DNA of 64,000 nt from Eledone cirrhosa (lineage: Eukaryota): NCBI GenBank assembly GCA_964016885.1, contig OZ024741.1, positions 299,088,001 to 299,152,000 on the forward strand, in the 5' to 3' direction. Every line of letters starts with the position of its first letter. Position 1 is the stretch's first letter. This document shows, piece after piece, positions 24,069 through 37,724 of the stretch. Below the pieces are notes generated by a model. The model was not told where the DNA came from, ran no database searches, and was given only the letters and a program-made list of their open reading frames with translations. A program made the translations under genes and the position numbers.

Positions 24069-26280
24069 TTCGTTTCTGAATTTGTTTAGCAAGATTCTTT
24101 ATCTGAAAACGTGTGTTGAAACCGATATTGTTATACTTTGGGAGGGTCATGTTGCCAATAAGAAACGCACGCACCAGTTGCTTTTAATTCAATTTATTAT
24201 AATACATTTATAAATTTTGGAATTTATAAATTTCCGGTTGGTTGGTTCCACAACCAGATGGTTGTTTATATATTGTCAAAGTTCTTTCGTCACACATTCT
24301 GTGACCTTTTCAGTGACTGGGGATTCTTTTCTTTGTTTTTGTGCCTCTCCTTTGTTCTGTCCTACGCCATCTTGTTTCTGTGTGTGTGTTGTGTGCTCAG
24401 TCTGTGCATGCGCCACATCCGGGTGTCTGTGTGTGTTTATATTCGTTTATTTATTTGTTTATTTACATGTTACTGGTTGGTTGTTTGTTCTATGTGCGTG
24501 TGTGTTTTCATTCTGTCCTTGATTGTAAGTTGTGATGTTGCTGTTCCACTCATGTTTTCTATTTAAATTTGGTTGGACTTCATTTATGTTTATTGCATCT
24601 GTAATTTGTCTAAACATTGCATCTTTTCTGTGTGTAGATTCTATTTTTATTTCTATGTTCTTTAATTTACCCTTATGTTCTATTTTAACATGTTGGTAGA
24701 GTACAGATGATTATTTACTATCTTGAAGGTCTCGCCAGTGTTCATTTATCCGTTCCCCTATGCTACGAGCTGTGTCACGTATGTACACTATATTTTTATC
24801 TCTACATTGTCCTTCAGTACATCTTATGCTATATACTACATTTCTAGTTTTACAGTTAATATGGGGGCTTAATTTACAGATTATACATTTCTTATCTATA
24901 CAGGGAAGTCTTTGAAAAGGGTATGTCTTGCTAATAAGTGTTTTTATGGAGGTACCTGGTCTTTCTACTATCTTAATATTGAGTTTATGTTTATCTAGGG
25001 CCCTTCTAAATTTGTAAGCTAATTCACCTCTAGGGGTTGTATCGATGAACATTACACTCTGGTATTTATTGCTATCATACCATGAGTTTATTCGATTAGC
25101 CTTATTCCTAGTTCTTTCTAATCTATTCCAAAATTTGCTCCTATACAAGGGGCAGGTCCCATTTGTGTCATTATTTACCATTTTTTCCCATTTGGTTCTG
25201 GCTCCTCTATACACTCTTATTTTATCTCTCTGATTGTAACCAGAGAACTGCATACGGTGGATGAAGTGTTGTATGTGTCTCTCTAGTTCTTCGGGGTTGC
25301 ACATGCGGGACACGTTTCTCATCACATGTACCAAATCCTCAATCAGTATGTTGATTTTGGTATGGTCCGAAACAGCTGAGTTTCGGTGGATCAGATATTT
25401 GGAAGTCATGGGTTTGGCATAATGGGAATGGAGGATTTGTTTTTTGTTATTAATGGTATCTTTACCAGAGCTCTGTGTCTAGTACGGGTAATCGATGGTT
25501 GGGGTGTTTGCTTCGGTAGTCTATAGTAACTCTAATACTCTGGTGGATGGAGTTAGCTATTTGCTGGATGCTTTCCATTGTGCTTTTCTCTAGTTCCTGA
25601 ATGTTCTCTAGTGGGGTTGTTTTAACTACGATGTCTATATCATCAACGTAGCGGGAGTACATTATCAGGTTTAAGGGGTCTTCTAATTGTTCTTTAAGTT
25701 TAAGTTTAAGTCTACTGTCCCACCATACCATAAATAGGTTAGCTATGTTGCCTGCAATGCTAACACCAATGGCTGCTCCCTCCTCTTGGGCATATGTTTT
25801 TCCATTAAATTTGAACATATGTTCCTCAAGGGTTAATTTTATGATGGCGCCCACCGCATGTGCAATCATTTTCTTTAGTTCATCGTGGTTTTTGGGGGTC
25901 CGTATGGCTCTGATCCACTCGTTCCATCTATCTGTGTGGGTTTTCTTGGCCATTGAGGTAATGGTAGGTGGTCTGCCTCTTGCTGGTCTTGTAGGGCACA
26001 GGTTGCTAAGGTCATATGTATCTAGATAATTATTACTATAGGTAAGTTTAAGTAGGAGTCCCAGCTCACTGGTATCAATCCCACGGAATTCAACATTGCT
26101 CTCACTGATCATTTCTACGCATTTCTCCACAGCAAAATCCACGTTAATAGATGGATACAGGGACATAACATCCATACTACCTATTATGCAGTCTCTTAGG
26201 TCCCTAGATCGGTTACTCTCGCCGATTCTGCTGAGGAGGTCCTCCGTGCTGTCACATACATCTGGGGACATTTCAATTAT
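24068..26280 (-). mobile_element. Naiad-like PLE, left arm of a 3.9-kb foldback (RT C-half, GIY-YIG, 3' UTR, long terminus)
   Basis: ORFs 25462-26298 (MDVMSLYP, GAAIG, YVDD, LPVLD) and 24711-25409 (MQFSGY, NVVYSIRC, VYIRDTARSIGER). Confidence 0.95.
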
Positions 26281-27949
26281 GGAAAAACATATGCCCAAGA
26301 GGAGGGAGAAGCCATTGGTGTTAGCATTGCAGGCGGCATAGCTAACCTATTTATGATATGGTGGGACAGTAGACTTAAACTTAAAGAACAATTAGAAGAC
26401 CCCTTAACCCTGATAATGTACTCCCGCTACGTTGATGATATAAACATCGTAGTTAAAACACCCCCACTAGAGAACAGCCAGGAACTAGAGAAAAATACAA
26501 TGGAAAGCATCCAGCAAATAGCTAACTCCATCCACCAGAGTATTAGAGTTACTATAGACTACCCAAGCAAACACGCCAACCATCGATTACCTGTACTAGA
26601 CACAGAGCTCTGGTAAAGATACCATTAATAACAAAAAACAAATCCTCCATTCCCATTATGCCAAACCCATGACTTCCAAATATCTGATCTACCGAAACTC
26701 AGCTGTTTCGGACCATACAAAAATCAAGATACTGATTGAGAATTTGGTACAGGTGATGAGAAACGTGTACCGCATGTGCAACCCCGAATAACTAGAGAGA
26801 CACATACAACACTTCATCCACCGTATGCAGTTCTCTGGTTACAATCAGAGAGATAAAATAAGAGTGTATAGAGGAGCCAGAACCAAATGGGAAAAAATGG
26901 TAAATAATGACACAAATGAGACCTGCCCCTTGTATAGGTGCAAATTTTGGAATATAATAGAAAGAACTAGGAATAAGGCTAATAGAATAAACTCATGGTA
27001 TGATAGCAATAAATACCAGAGTGTAATGTTCATCGATACAACCCCTAGAGGTGAATTAGCTTACAAATTTAGAAGGGCCCTAGATAAACATAAACTCAAT
27101 ATTAAGATAGTAGAAAGACCAGGTACCACCATAAAAACACTTATTAGCAAGACATACCCCTTTCAAAGACTTCCCTGTATAGATAAGAAATGTATAATCT
27201 GTAAATTAAGCACTCATATTAACTGTAAAACTAGAAATGTAGTATATAGCATAAGATGTACTGAAGGACAATTTAGAGATAAAAATATAGTGTACATAGG
27301 TGAGACAGCTCGTGGTATATGGGAACGGATAAATGAACACTGGCGAGACCTTCAAGATAGTAAAGAATCATCTGTACTCTACCAACATGCTAAAATAGAA
27401 CATAAGGGTAAATTAAAGAACATAGAAATAAAAATAGAATCTACACACAGAAAAGAGGCAATGTTTAGACAAATCACAGAGGCAATAAACATAAATGAAG
27501 TCCAACCAAAATTAAATTGAAAACATGAGTGGAACAGTAACATCACAACTTACAATTAAGGACAGAATGAAAACACACACGCACATAGAACAAACAAACA
27601 ACCAGTAACATGTAAATAAACAAATAAATAAACGAATATAAACACACATAGGGACCCGGATGTGGCGCATGCGCAGACTGAGCACACAACACACACACAG
27701 AAACAAGATGGCGCAGGACAGAACAAATGAGGGGCACAAAAACAAAGAAAAGAAATACCAGTCACTGAAGAGGTCACAGAATGTGTGACGAAAGAACTTT
27801 GACAATATATAAACAACCATCTGGTTGTGGAACCAACCAACCAACCTGAAATTTATAAATTCCAAAATTTATAAATTTATTATAATAAATTGAAGTAAAA
27901 GCAACTGGAGCGTGTGTTTCTTATTGGCAACATGACCTTCCCAAAGTAT

Positions 27950-27957
<8 letters not shown>
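26281..27957 (+). mobile_element. Naiad-like PLE, right arm (inverted, more 5'-truncated, short terminus)
   Basis: ORFs 26353-26616 and 26825-27520 (YIGETARG...EAININEVQPKLN); reverse complement of about 24125-25804. Confidence 0.95.
27761..27803 (+). ncRNA. Minimal hammerhead ribozyme in the PLE 3' UTR
   Basis: GTCA-CTGAAGA-G-GTCACA gaatg TGTGAC-GAAA-GAAC-TT-TGAC: 4-bp stem I, extra nucleotide after A9, vestigial stem III. The left-arm copy (24275-24317, minus) has CTGAAAA. Confidence 0.7.
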
Positions 27958-28021
<64 letters not shown>

Positions 28022-28025
<4 letters not shown>

Positions 28026-28212
28026 CGAAGGAATTGTGGTAAGGAACCAGATGGACCATAACGCCCTAGATTACTCAATACTTAGTTTAGTAGAGTGGGT
28101 AATAGAAAAAAGTATGACCCTGACGGCAGAGCTCAAGTCGTTTCGACGGATATTTCAGTCCAGAAATAGCCGTCGAAACGCCTTGAGCTCTGCCGTCGGA
28201 GTCATTCTTTTT

Positions 28213-28217
<5 letters not shown>
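28022..28217. mobile_element. Family E asymmetric foldback (hairpin 28102-28217 plus 80-nt extension) in (TA)n
   Basis: Arms of about 55 bp: GACGGCAGAGCTCAAG.CGTTTCGACGG / CCGTCGAAACG.CTTGAGCTCTGCCGTC. Confidence 0.88.
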
Positions 28218-28259
<42 letters not shown>

Positions 28260-28507
28260 CAATTAGGTTAAATCTATACCTGTATACCTGTATAACGTAT
28301 ACTGATTGATTAAACTACTCAACAAAGAAAGAGCAATGAACTGTTCAGGTCAGAGCATAATTTATACAAATTTAAACGATAAACGAAAACGTTGTTTCTC
28401 CACTAGATATATGAAAGGATGTTTTTCGTATATACTTTCAATCTGAACACACACACACATGAACACACACACGCACACACACACACATACATACATATAT
28501 ATATATG

Positions 28508-28575
<68 letters not shown>

Positions 28576-28949
28576 ATTTGCTATGTCTGTCTGGGTTTGT
28601 TCCTCATATATCTGGAAATGTTCGGACAAATTTCCTCCAAGATTCGGAATGTCAAAGACAATCATATGTATATATATTTTGCATTAGTTACTTTAACTTA
28701 TGAACAAAACGAGAAAAACCGAATTCTAATTATCTATAAATAACTTAAATTATATCTTTTCAAATGTACACCCACTAAATTGAAAATGCTGTAACTTGAG
28801 GAAAATATTCAATCTAATGCCCGAATGTTCATTTCCGCTGCTATGTCTATATCTAGGAAAAACATTCGAGACCTTTTCTACTTAACAGCTGATTGTAATG
28901 ATCGGTGGAATGCTGTGTCATTCAGAGAGTATATGTAATATATGTATGT

Positions 28950-29905
28950 TCTCTCTTTCTCTTAATTTCGACTATATTTTTTTGACCGGCCACCTTCCTG
29001 GTAGCAAGGTTGTAAAAGAAAAGAAATTGTCATCCCTTGAATCGCAAGAATGTTTTGCAAATCTTGAAGGTGCCAGCTATCGCAGCCATTTGTAGACTAT
29101 GAATTAGGGAGCTGCGTTCTTTGTCCGCAAATCCAAGTTCAGTCATACGTTTATCCAAGCGGGTTGGTATATAACCCGTAGCTCCAATAATTGTTTCTTC
29201 TTTAGGCACAAGGCCAGCAAATACCCAGTTCATTACTGGTACTTTATTTTATCGACCCCGTAAGGATGAAAGGCAAAGTCAACCTCGGTGGGATTTGAAC
29301 TCAGATCGTAAAGAGACGTAACTATGCTGGAAAGCATGGCGTCCGACCCTCTACCGATACTGCCAATCCACCGCCCGTAGCTCCAATAATGATGGGTATG
29401 AAGCTAAAGGTGTATCTTGGATACTGGATTTGTAAACTCCTCATCAATGGTCCGTAGATGTCCCCCCTCTCCTGTATTTTTCTGACAACGTTTACATCAA
29501 GTGGGCAGCTGATCTCCACAACAGAACACGTTTTCAATGTGTGGTCCCAAACAACAATATCAGTCCGGCTGTGCTTTAATTTGGTGAGAGTTTTTATTTT
29601 AAGGTTCCACCAGTATTCCTTAGTGCCATCTGTCTCAATATATTCTTCCTCGTTTGTTGTCAATTTTGTTTTCTGAAGTGCGATACAGATGGTTCTAGCT
29701 ATCCCATCGTGTCTTATGGGGAGGTAGTAGCGAGATGACATTCTTTCGCAGCTGGCAACAATGTGGCTTACATCCTCGATCTTTGTTTTACATAGCCTAC
29801 ATTTATTGTCAGCGCTGATGGCCCTCCCCTTTTGTGCAGCAGATATTTGGTAGGGAGTTCTTGCATTGCATAGAGATATCCCTCAAGGTGTGATGTCATA
29901 AACTT
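28950..29905 (-). mobile_element. R4/Dong LINE 3' portion (CCHC finger plus restriction-like endonuclease) with nested SINE
   Basis: CRLC...EDVSHIVASC, RHD, RTDIVVWD, VVEISCP, IPIIIGATG; reading continues after the SINE to KICKTFLRFKG*. Confidence 0.9.
29187..29374 (-). mobile_element. Main SINE with TSD CCCGTAGCTCCAATAAT
   Basis: The 17-mer is repeated at about 29175 and 29374. Confidence 0.95.
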
Positions 29906-30042
29906 GTATGTATGTATGTATGTATGTATGTATGTATGTATGTATGTATGTATGTATGTATGTATGTATGTATGTATGTATGTATGTATGTATGTATGTA
30001 TGTATGTATGTATGTATGTATGTATGTATGTATGTATGTATG
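29906..30042. repeat. (TATG)n tetranucleotide microsatellite
   Basis: About 34 perfect units. Confidence 0.97.
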
Positions 30043-30056
30043 CGTGTGTGTGTGTA

Positions 30057-30242
30057 TAATAATTGTTTCTACTTTTGGCACAAGGCAAGCAATTTCCCAG
30101 TGCATTACTGGTACTTTATTTTATCAACCCCGTAAGGATGAAAGGCAAAGTTAACCTCGGCGGGATTTGAACTCAGAATGGCAAGGGCCGTAACTATGCC
30201 TCAAAGCATGGCGTCCGACTCTCTACCGATACTGCCAATCCA
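30057..30242 (-). mobile_element. Main SINE
   Basis: Full consensus match. Confidence 0.92.
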
Positions 30243-30523
30243 ATAAGCAAGAAAGGTGGTTTCATTTTTACGTCCCTATTTATTTTGTTATACTTATTTA
30301 AAATACGTGAGGCAGTTGTATAACAACTGTCCTATGTGTTCTCTTCAGACAAAAATCCAAACGAGATGTTAAGTTCCATTGATATATTATCAGTCATACG
30401 TGTTATTCGCTTCACCGACCAGTAAGCATATGTCCAAAATTCTCAGGTAGCAGTTCCTATATATTCGGGAGATCGATATTCCAATTGGCGTTGGTGCTTG
30501 TGAACTGGCTAGGGTATAACTTG

Positions 30524-30555
<32 letters not shown>

Positions 30556-30580
30556 CGTGTGCGTGTGTGTGTGTCACATG

Positions 30581-30624
<44 letters not shown>

Positions 30625-30688
30625 CATGTGAAACACACACACACACACACGCGCGCGCGCACGCGCGCGCGTGCATACACATAATATG

Positions 30689-30739
<51 letters not shown>

Positions 30740-31380
30740 ATGTGTGTGTGTTTGTAGAGCAAGATTACATGGAATAATATTATCAACTAATACTAGTTTC
30801 AAGCTCAACATGTTAATGTCATTTTAGGTAGAAATAGAAATTCAGAAGAAAGGTTAGATAATTATGATGGAAAAGGTCAGCGACATATAGTAACCCAGAG
30901 CATATATAACAATATAAACTGACAGATTAGAACTCGTTTAAATAATTTAATTCCAATACATATTTAATCAATGTTTATGGCATAGCAAATTTAAAAGAGG
31001 ATAAAACATCATTATCCTCAAGTGCTGCATTAGAAGCACTATATATTACCGTTATTCAGTATACTTAAAAAAACGATTTAATTAAGAATGCCTGTCGTCT
31101 ACATTCTTAATTATGGTGATATACAGAATTTGATAATGTTTTATCTTCTACGAAATTGGACATGACATAAAACACAAACATTACTTAAATATAATGTTTT
31201 GAAACATGTAAACCCATTTAATAATTTAAAAGAATTTATATTCTACCCTCCTATCACGTCTTTTGTCCATGTTATCACTTAGTTCGTTGACGAATGTTGA
31301 TTGAAACGATTAACATTATTATATATCATAATTAATTGTTTCTATTATATATTATAATTAATGATATTATTAAAACAAAA

Positions 31381-31775
31381 AATAATTGTTTCTAGTTTTT
31401 GGCACAATGCCAGCAATTACCCAGTGCATTACTTGTACTTTATTTTATCGACCCTGTAAGAATGAAAGACAAAGTTAACCCCAGCGGGATTTGAACTCAT
31501 AATGGCAAGGGCTGTAACTCAATGCGTCAAAGCATGGCGTCCGGCCCTCTATCGATACTGCAAATCCACTGCCATTAAAAAAATAATAATTGTTTCTACT
31601 TTTGGCACAAGGCCAGCAATTACTCCAGTGTATTACTGGTACTTTATTTTAACGACCCTGTAAGGATGAAAGGCAAAGTTAACCTCGGCGGGATTTGAAC
31701 TCAATCCGTAAAGGGACGTAACTGTGCTGCAAAGCACGGCGTCCGACCCTCTACCGATAATGCCAATCCACCGTC
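31381..31775 (-). mobile_element. Two tandem main SINEs
   Basis: Copies at about 31381-31573 and 31587-31775. Confidence 0.92.
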
Positions 31776-31854
31776 CTTAAAACAAAAAAATAATGCAAGT
31801 TAAAACAATATCTAGGGGTGACAAGACTTTCGGACCACCCTGTACTGTCTTATA

Positions 31855-32190
31855 TATAGTATAAATTAAGTTGTATACACTTAGCATGTATGTGTAACCA
31901 TTGGTTGTGGAGTCCAGTTATGGCCACCACTGTAAGTGGAGGAGGCTCTTCCAAACTGACCTGTCATTTGGCAATCGGAAGAAAATACCCAAAATACATT
32001 GTCTGTGTTCCCGATGAGGGCCAGTTCGGAAGTGCCTCCTCTACGTAGAGTGGTCGCCATATCTGGACCTTAAAACCAATGGTCGCACATTCGTGTTAAG
32101 TTTATGAAATTCAATTTACTTTGTATAAGCTCTGTCGCAATTGCTTGAACATTGATTTATTTGAAGTGTTATCGACGAATACCTTACAGA
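31855..32190. mobile_element. Old asymmetric foldback with degenerate hammerhead (32004-32089, +)
   Basis: Diverged inverted arms about 31855-31970 and 32010-32127; TGTGT..CCGATGA-GGGCCAG...CTGGACC..AAAA-CCAATGG-TC-GCACA. Confidence 0.6.
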
Positions 32191-32212
32191 AACACACAAT
32201 CATTCACATGCA

Positions 32213-32286
<74 letters not shown>

Positions 32287-33099
32287 TATATATATATGTG
32301 TGTGTGTGTATCTGTCTGTGTATAAATACATGTATGCATAAGGTGTTGTTGCAGAGTTTCGGTATACGAAAACTTTGATAATTCATTCAATAGTCAAATA
32401 GTATTAATTTGTGGTTATATTCCATATGTAAAGAGCATCCAAGTCTTGCACACCCAACTCATTCATTGCTGAATGAGAAGCCTTGATAGTAGACGGTATA
32501 AACACAGTGATAAAGTTACACTTAAAAATCCCTAATCCTGTTTACTCCATCTATTATAAAACGACGAATTAGGCGTGAATACCAACAGACTTACTAATAT
32601 CAATGAAAATATAAAATTATATTTTTAGTAAAACCACACACACCGATATATTTTTCAAGTACCAAGTTGGTGCATGGAGAGCAATATCTCAGGTTACAGA
32701 CGAATCAACTCCGTAGGGACGATATCTATTGGTTAGATAGTTCTTAAAAGGAAAGCCTGAAGTTTCTCATTATTAAACGTGGAGTAATCTGCAAGATCAA
32801 AACAGATGTACGGTTCTACAGATGTCTTCACCATTATGGTTTATTCAAACTGTGAGTCGTAGCTCTTTTAGTACTTGCTGCTATTCAGTTCTAGATTAGA
32901 ATAGATTTAATGCATGTTGAATACATTTTAATACATTTATACACTTAATACATTTTTTTCTAAAATAATATTCGCAAATGGACCCATGATAGGAAGACAG
33001 CGACGAGAACATGTAGAGGATACATTTTCAAGTCAGTTAGTTGAACAGTCGTGATCGTGTGCTGATTGCCGTCCAGATATCAACCCTCTTGAGCACTTA

Positions 33100-33750
33100 T
33101 CAAGTTAGAGTTTTTTGTTGGTCCCAAAACATGTCTTTTTAGACATAGTTCTAGTTGCATTGAACAAGAAGAAGATAACATGAACATTAAATTTATAATA
33201 AACAAATGCAAAATTAATATTCTTGCTCTTCCTGTAAAAAGTATGAGGAACCTGCTCTTGTTCAAAGAGGAAAATGTGACTAGATCAACGTTTCATGTGT
33301 TTTTAATAAAACGTAACCATTGCAAAACAACATAGGTGGGCCCCCAAATCATATGTTATTCATTTCATAACCATTGGACAATGTTCAGTCCATGGTACTT
33401 GTTATATGCTGGAGCAGTTTTGTCTGTGCAGCAAAGTATTTTTCTAAATCTCAGGAAAACAACATCAAAATATCCAATTCTCTGAATTTCAAAATGTCAA
33501 ATCAGTCAGTGTTAAGCAAGAGAAATGTCAGCTCTCAGATAAACTAGATGCGAGTCTAATGTAAAATCATTGAAGTATCATAGAAGCAACATATTCTGCT
33601 TCCTTACGAATGCTTCTATTATCTCAGTGTTACCGTAAGAATTATTTTGACAAAAACAATCTTGAAGTTGTGTCACACCTAGACTGCATACTGCACACAC
33701 ATATTGGATATCATAGGAATATACCAAGCGAAAAAATAACATGAGATAAA
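33100..33750 (-). mobile_element. Highly decayed CR1/L2-like RT fragment
   Basis: Minus strand gives FDVVFLRFRK resembling DVVFLDFRKAFD; heavily interrupted. Confidence 0.35.
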
Positions 33751-33946
33751 TAGATCCCTACACAATTCTTTAAGTATGAAAAAAACACGTAGGACAGAGA
33801 AAGCAACTGAGATTCAAAGTAGCTATGTAGGACATTGAGGCAATTTTTTACGGTCTAGAAAATGTTTACGAATTGCACACATGCAGTTCATCTTTTGTCA
33901 TGAATGCTGATGGTACACAACTGCCTATATATATATTTATATATAT

Positions 33947-34150
33947 ATAGGAAAAGAGTCAGGACACCGACGGCTGAGCTCCGGCCATTTCGAGGGCTAG
34001 ATCTGAAATGTTCGGATCTAGCTGTCGAAACGGCCGGAGCTCAACCGTCAAGGTCCTAACTCTTTTCCTATTACCCACCTTACTACCCTAAGTAATGAGT
34101 ACTCTGGTGCGTTATGGTTCACCTGGCATCTTACCACACCCTTTTGTTAT
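33947..34150. mobile_element. Family E asymmetric foldback (hairpin 33947-34071 plus 80-nt extension) in (TA)n
   Basis: Arms of about 60 bp, 3-nt loop; extension matches other family E copies. Confidence 0.88.
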
Positions 34151-35952
34151 ATATATATATATATATATACATATACATCTTACACACACACACACCTACA
34201 CCCATAGATACAGAGATATGTGTATTTGTGTATGTGCATGTGTGTGCGCGCCTGTCTGAAGTAATAGGCATTATAGCAAACTATTTATATTTAATCAAAT
34301 TATAGACATTTATTCGTTGGTTTTTAACAAATAAAACTATTTTTTTCCTTCAATTATTGGCGATCATTTTTTTTTTAAAGCATTACACACGTTAATTATT
34401 TTAAATGGAAATTGAAAATTGCAATAACTAATTAAAACTCGGTTAGATTTTGATTGATAATAAAATTGAATATGTATTGCTTCAATTAGTTTTCTGTAGA
34501 AAAGAAGAACAAAAGAAGAATCTTTTAAAATGTATTTTCCACTGCGTCACTCATACAATTGGCCTCCACAAAATCTTGTCTAAAAAAAAAGCATCGAGAT
34601 AACATGGCAGAGAAGCAAGAACACAATAATTCATTTCAGATAATACTTCTTTATCCGATATAGAATTTTTTTAAAAACATGTCAATTATTCAGGCGAAGT
34701 GAAAGAAGGCTTATTATATTTTTTATAACTGGTGAAACTATAATATGTGGTCAAAGTCATCTTGGTAAATACTCCCTTAATGTCGTTGAATATTAGTTAT
34801 TCTTCGGTCTCAAATAATAGGATAAGCGGGGTCGTGATGGAATAAGCGGGAAGGGGGTTCGTAATAGAGAGGGATGTGAAATTTTTCTAGGTTGTCTCCG
34901 TTGATTTAAAAAAAACCCACAGCATTATTCGTTTATTCAATATATTGAGACAGCAACCCATCCTATTTATTTTATAACGTATATTATTTACAGTCATGTA
35001 CTTCTTCGTCGTTGTGTATGAAGATTTTTAATGTATAAAGAAAATCAATTGTCACAGGAATCTACAACATGAAATAAAATTTCGCCGGAGATAGATTAGT
35101 AAAATTTATTAAGCGGGACTGGAATAGGAACAAGATTGTTGAAAAAAAAACAACAAATTTATAAGCAGGGTGGGGACGATTATTCGAGAACCGAGAGTAT
35201 ATACTGAGTACGACATGTAGATAAGCACACGAGCAGAGGATCATATGGATTATGTGGCTCAACGCACACACACATGCACACGCACAAACACACACACATA
35301 TGCACACATACATACACACATACAAACACGCCCATACACACTCATACACACGCTACATACACACACAGTCATATATATACACAGATATACACGCACAGTT
35401 AAAAACACGCATACACACACACATATGCAAACCTATACAAATATACAAACACCAAACTCACTCATACACATACACCAAACTCACTCATACACATACACAA
35501 ACGAACATTTTCACTTGAACAAAAAATCACATATGCAGACATGTCTATACAACAGAAAAATGATATTAATAAATAAGTCATCTCTGTCGGTCTGTCTCAT
35601 GACCGTCTAACAATATAATATTTGTAGCTGTTTCTCAATTTTTCTTTACTCTCTCCCGTTCTCTGCGCTCGTCCCACACAGCATACATGTATATATATAT
35701 ATATATATAATACAAAGTATTATTTTGGAAAGGTAATACCGACAAGGAGAGAGTGGAAATCTAGTGAGAGATTTATTTGATTATATAATCTAACCACGTG
35801 TTTCATCAGCGATTAAATAATTGTCAACGAGAGCTAAGTAAAGATGGTTTTTCTAATCAATCACTCAGACTAGATAATCATTTCATAAGTTGGATTTTAT
35901 CAAACTCCCTTATCCTTTCACACACACACACATGCACACACACACACACACA

Positions 35953-35991
<39 letters not shown>

Positions 35992-36074
35992 GTGTGTGTG
36001 TATGTGTGGATGTCACTACTATTATAGCAGCCACAAAAATACAGATAATATATGTGTGGTACATATATATATGT

Positions 36075-36375
36075 AATCAAGAGGTTGTAGGTTTGAATCC
36101 CGGCCAGATGGTACGTTTTGTTCTTTAGCACGAAAACTTTGTTTCGTGCTGCTCCAGTTCACTTAGATGTAGAAATAAATTGCCACGTCACTGGTGTGAA
36201 ATTGTACCGGCCATTGATTTTACCTTGGACAACATCAGTGGTATGGAGAGGGGAGACTGACATGCCTAGGCCACTGCTGTTCATTCACAAACACACCTTG
36301 CCCAGGCTTGTGCCTCGGAGCTGAACTTTCTAGGTGCAAAATCATGGCCATTTGTGACAAAAGGGGGCCTTTGTA
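36075..36375 (+). mobile_element. Second-family SINE
   Basis: Shares GCCACGTCACTGGTG...CGGCCATTG...CCTTGGACAA and GAACTTTCTAGG with 18393-18720. Confidence 0.75.
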
Positions 36376-37360
36376 AGTGCGTGTGTGTGTATATGTGTGT
36401 GTGTGTAAGTATGCGTGTGCCCGCGTACATGCGTGTATACATACACACAAATATAACAATATTAACAAAGTAAAAGAAAAAATAGAGGAAAACAGATCGG
36501 ATACGTCTCGAATATTAAATATTTTTTCAAGAATATATTTAAAGAATATATTTGTATATGTTTTGTTATGTTATATCATATTGAATTGGGACATAAGATA
36601 TGAGATAAGTAGTCTTCGTTTCTTTTTTCTTATTGCTTTATAGATTAACATTTAAAAGAAATTTCTGTGTAAAATTAATAGTAATAATTTTGCGTCATAT
36701 TGCTATGATGCCAAGATTTGAATGTATATAACTTAAACAGGATGTAAGATATGAGATAAGTTGTCTCATTTTTTCTTTTCTCTTTGCTTTATTTTATCAT
36801 AGATTAATATTAAAATTGAGTAGAGAGGAAGAATGGACCGCGAGGCTAGCAACTTTACCTCATTTAATAAAAATTGCAACACAACGAAAGAAAGTCGCCC
36901 AATGAACGATAGGGAGCAAAAGATATCTATGATATAAAGGAAAGTTGTCTCGGTGTGTTCCCGGTTTTTACTCAGAAATTAGAGAATGAATACCCATAAA
37001 TATATATATTATTGTTTCTTATTCCGCCGGACAAGTAATGGTTACATATATTTTAGATATGCAAAACAGAAATTTTTATTCAGTTCAATTATAGTCATTA
37101 TCCCGTATTCATATAAAAAAATTGGTGCCTTTTTTGGAATTGTCTCTCTTTTCCCATTCTGTAAAGAAGGAGAGAAAGGATGAGAGAATGAACGAGAGAA
37201 GATGTGAGAGCAAGAGGAAACAGTAAAGAAGACGAAGAGTGAGAGGGAGAAATGGTAGAATATGAGCGGGGGAAATAGATGAAAATGAAAGAAAATTAGA
37301 ATGAAAATCGCATGGAAGGCATGATGAACATCAATAGAAGGCGAGTGTTTGAAAGAAGAG

Positions 37361-37439
<79 letters not shown>

Positions 37440-37441
<2 letters not shown>

Positions 37442-37692
37442 CTTGATCGACCAGCCAGTCGGGCGCCAATCGGCGCCGGTGGTCATAGCACGTCGTGCTG
37501 TTTTAGCCATAAGATAACGCCATCCCTCTGGCTGGGCCGGCAGGCCGGTACTAATTTCTACAGCTGAGTAAACTGGAGCAACGTGAAATAAAGTGTCTTG
37601 CTCAAGGAAACAACACATTACGCGGTCCGAGAATTGAACTCACAACCTTTCGATTGCAAGCCCAATGCTCTAACCACAAATCATGCGCCTCC
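37440..37692 (-). mobile_element. Second-family SINE variant with a different tail
   Basis: Minus strand GGAGGCGCATGATTTGTGGTTAGAG...GAGTTCAATTC...TCCTTGAGCAAGACACTTTATTTCACGTTGCTCCAG. Confidence 0.8.

Positions 37693-37719
<27 letters not shown>

Positions 37720-37724
<5 letters not shown>

Noticed and set aside
31820-31844. Tc1/mariner-like terminus ending CACCCTGTA
   Set aside because: No matching opposite TIR or transposase could be located by eye.
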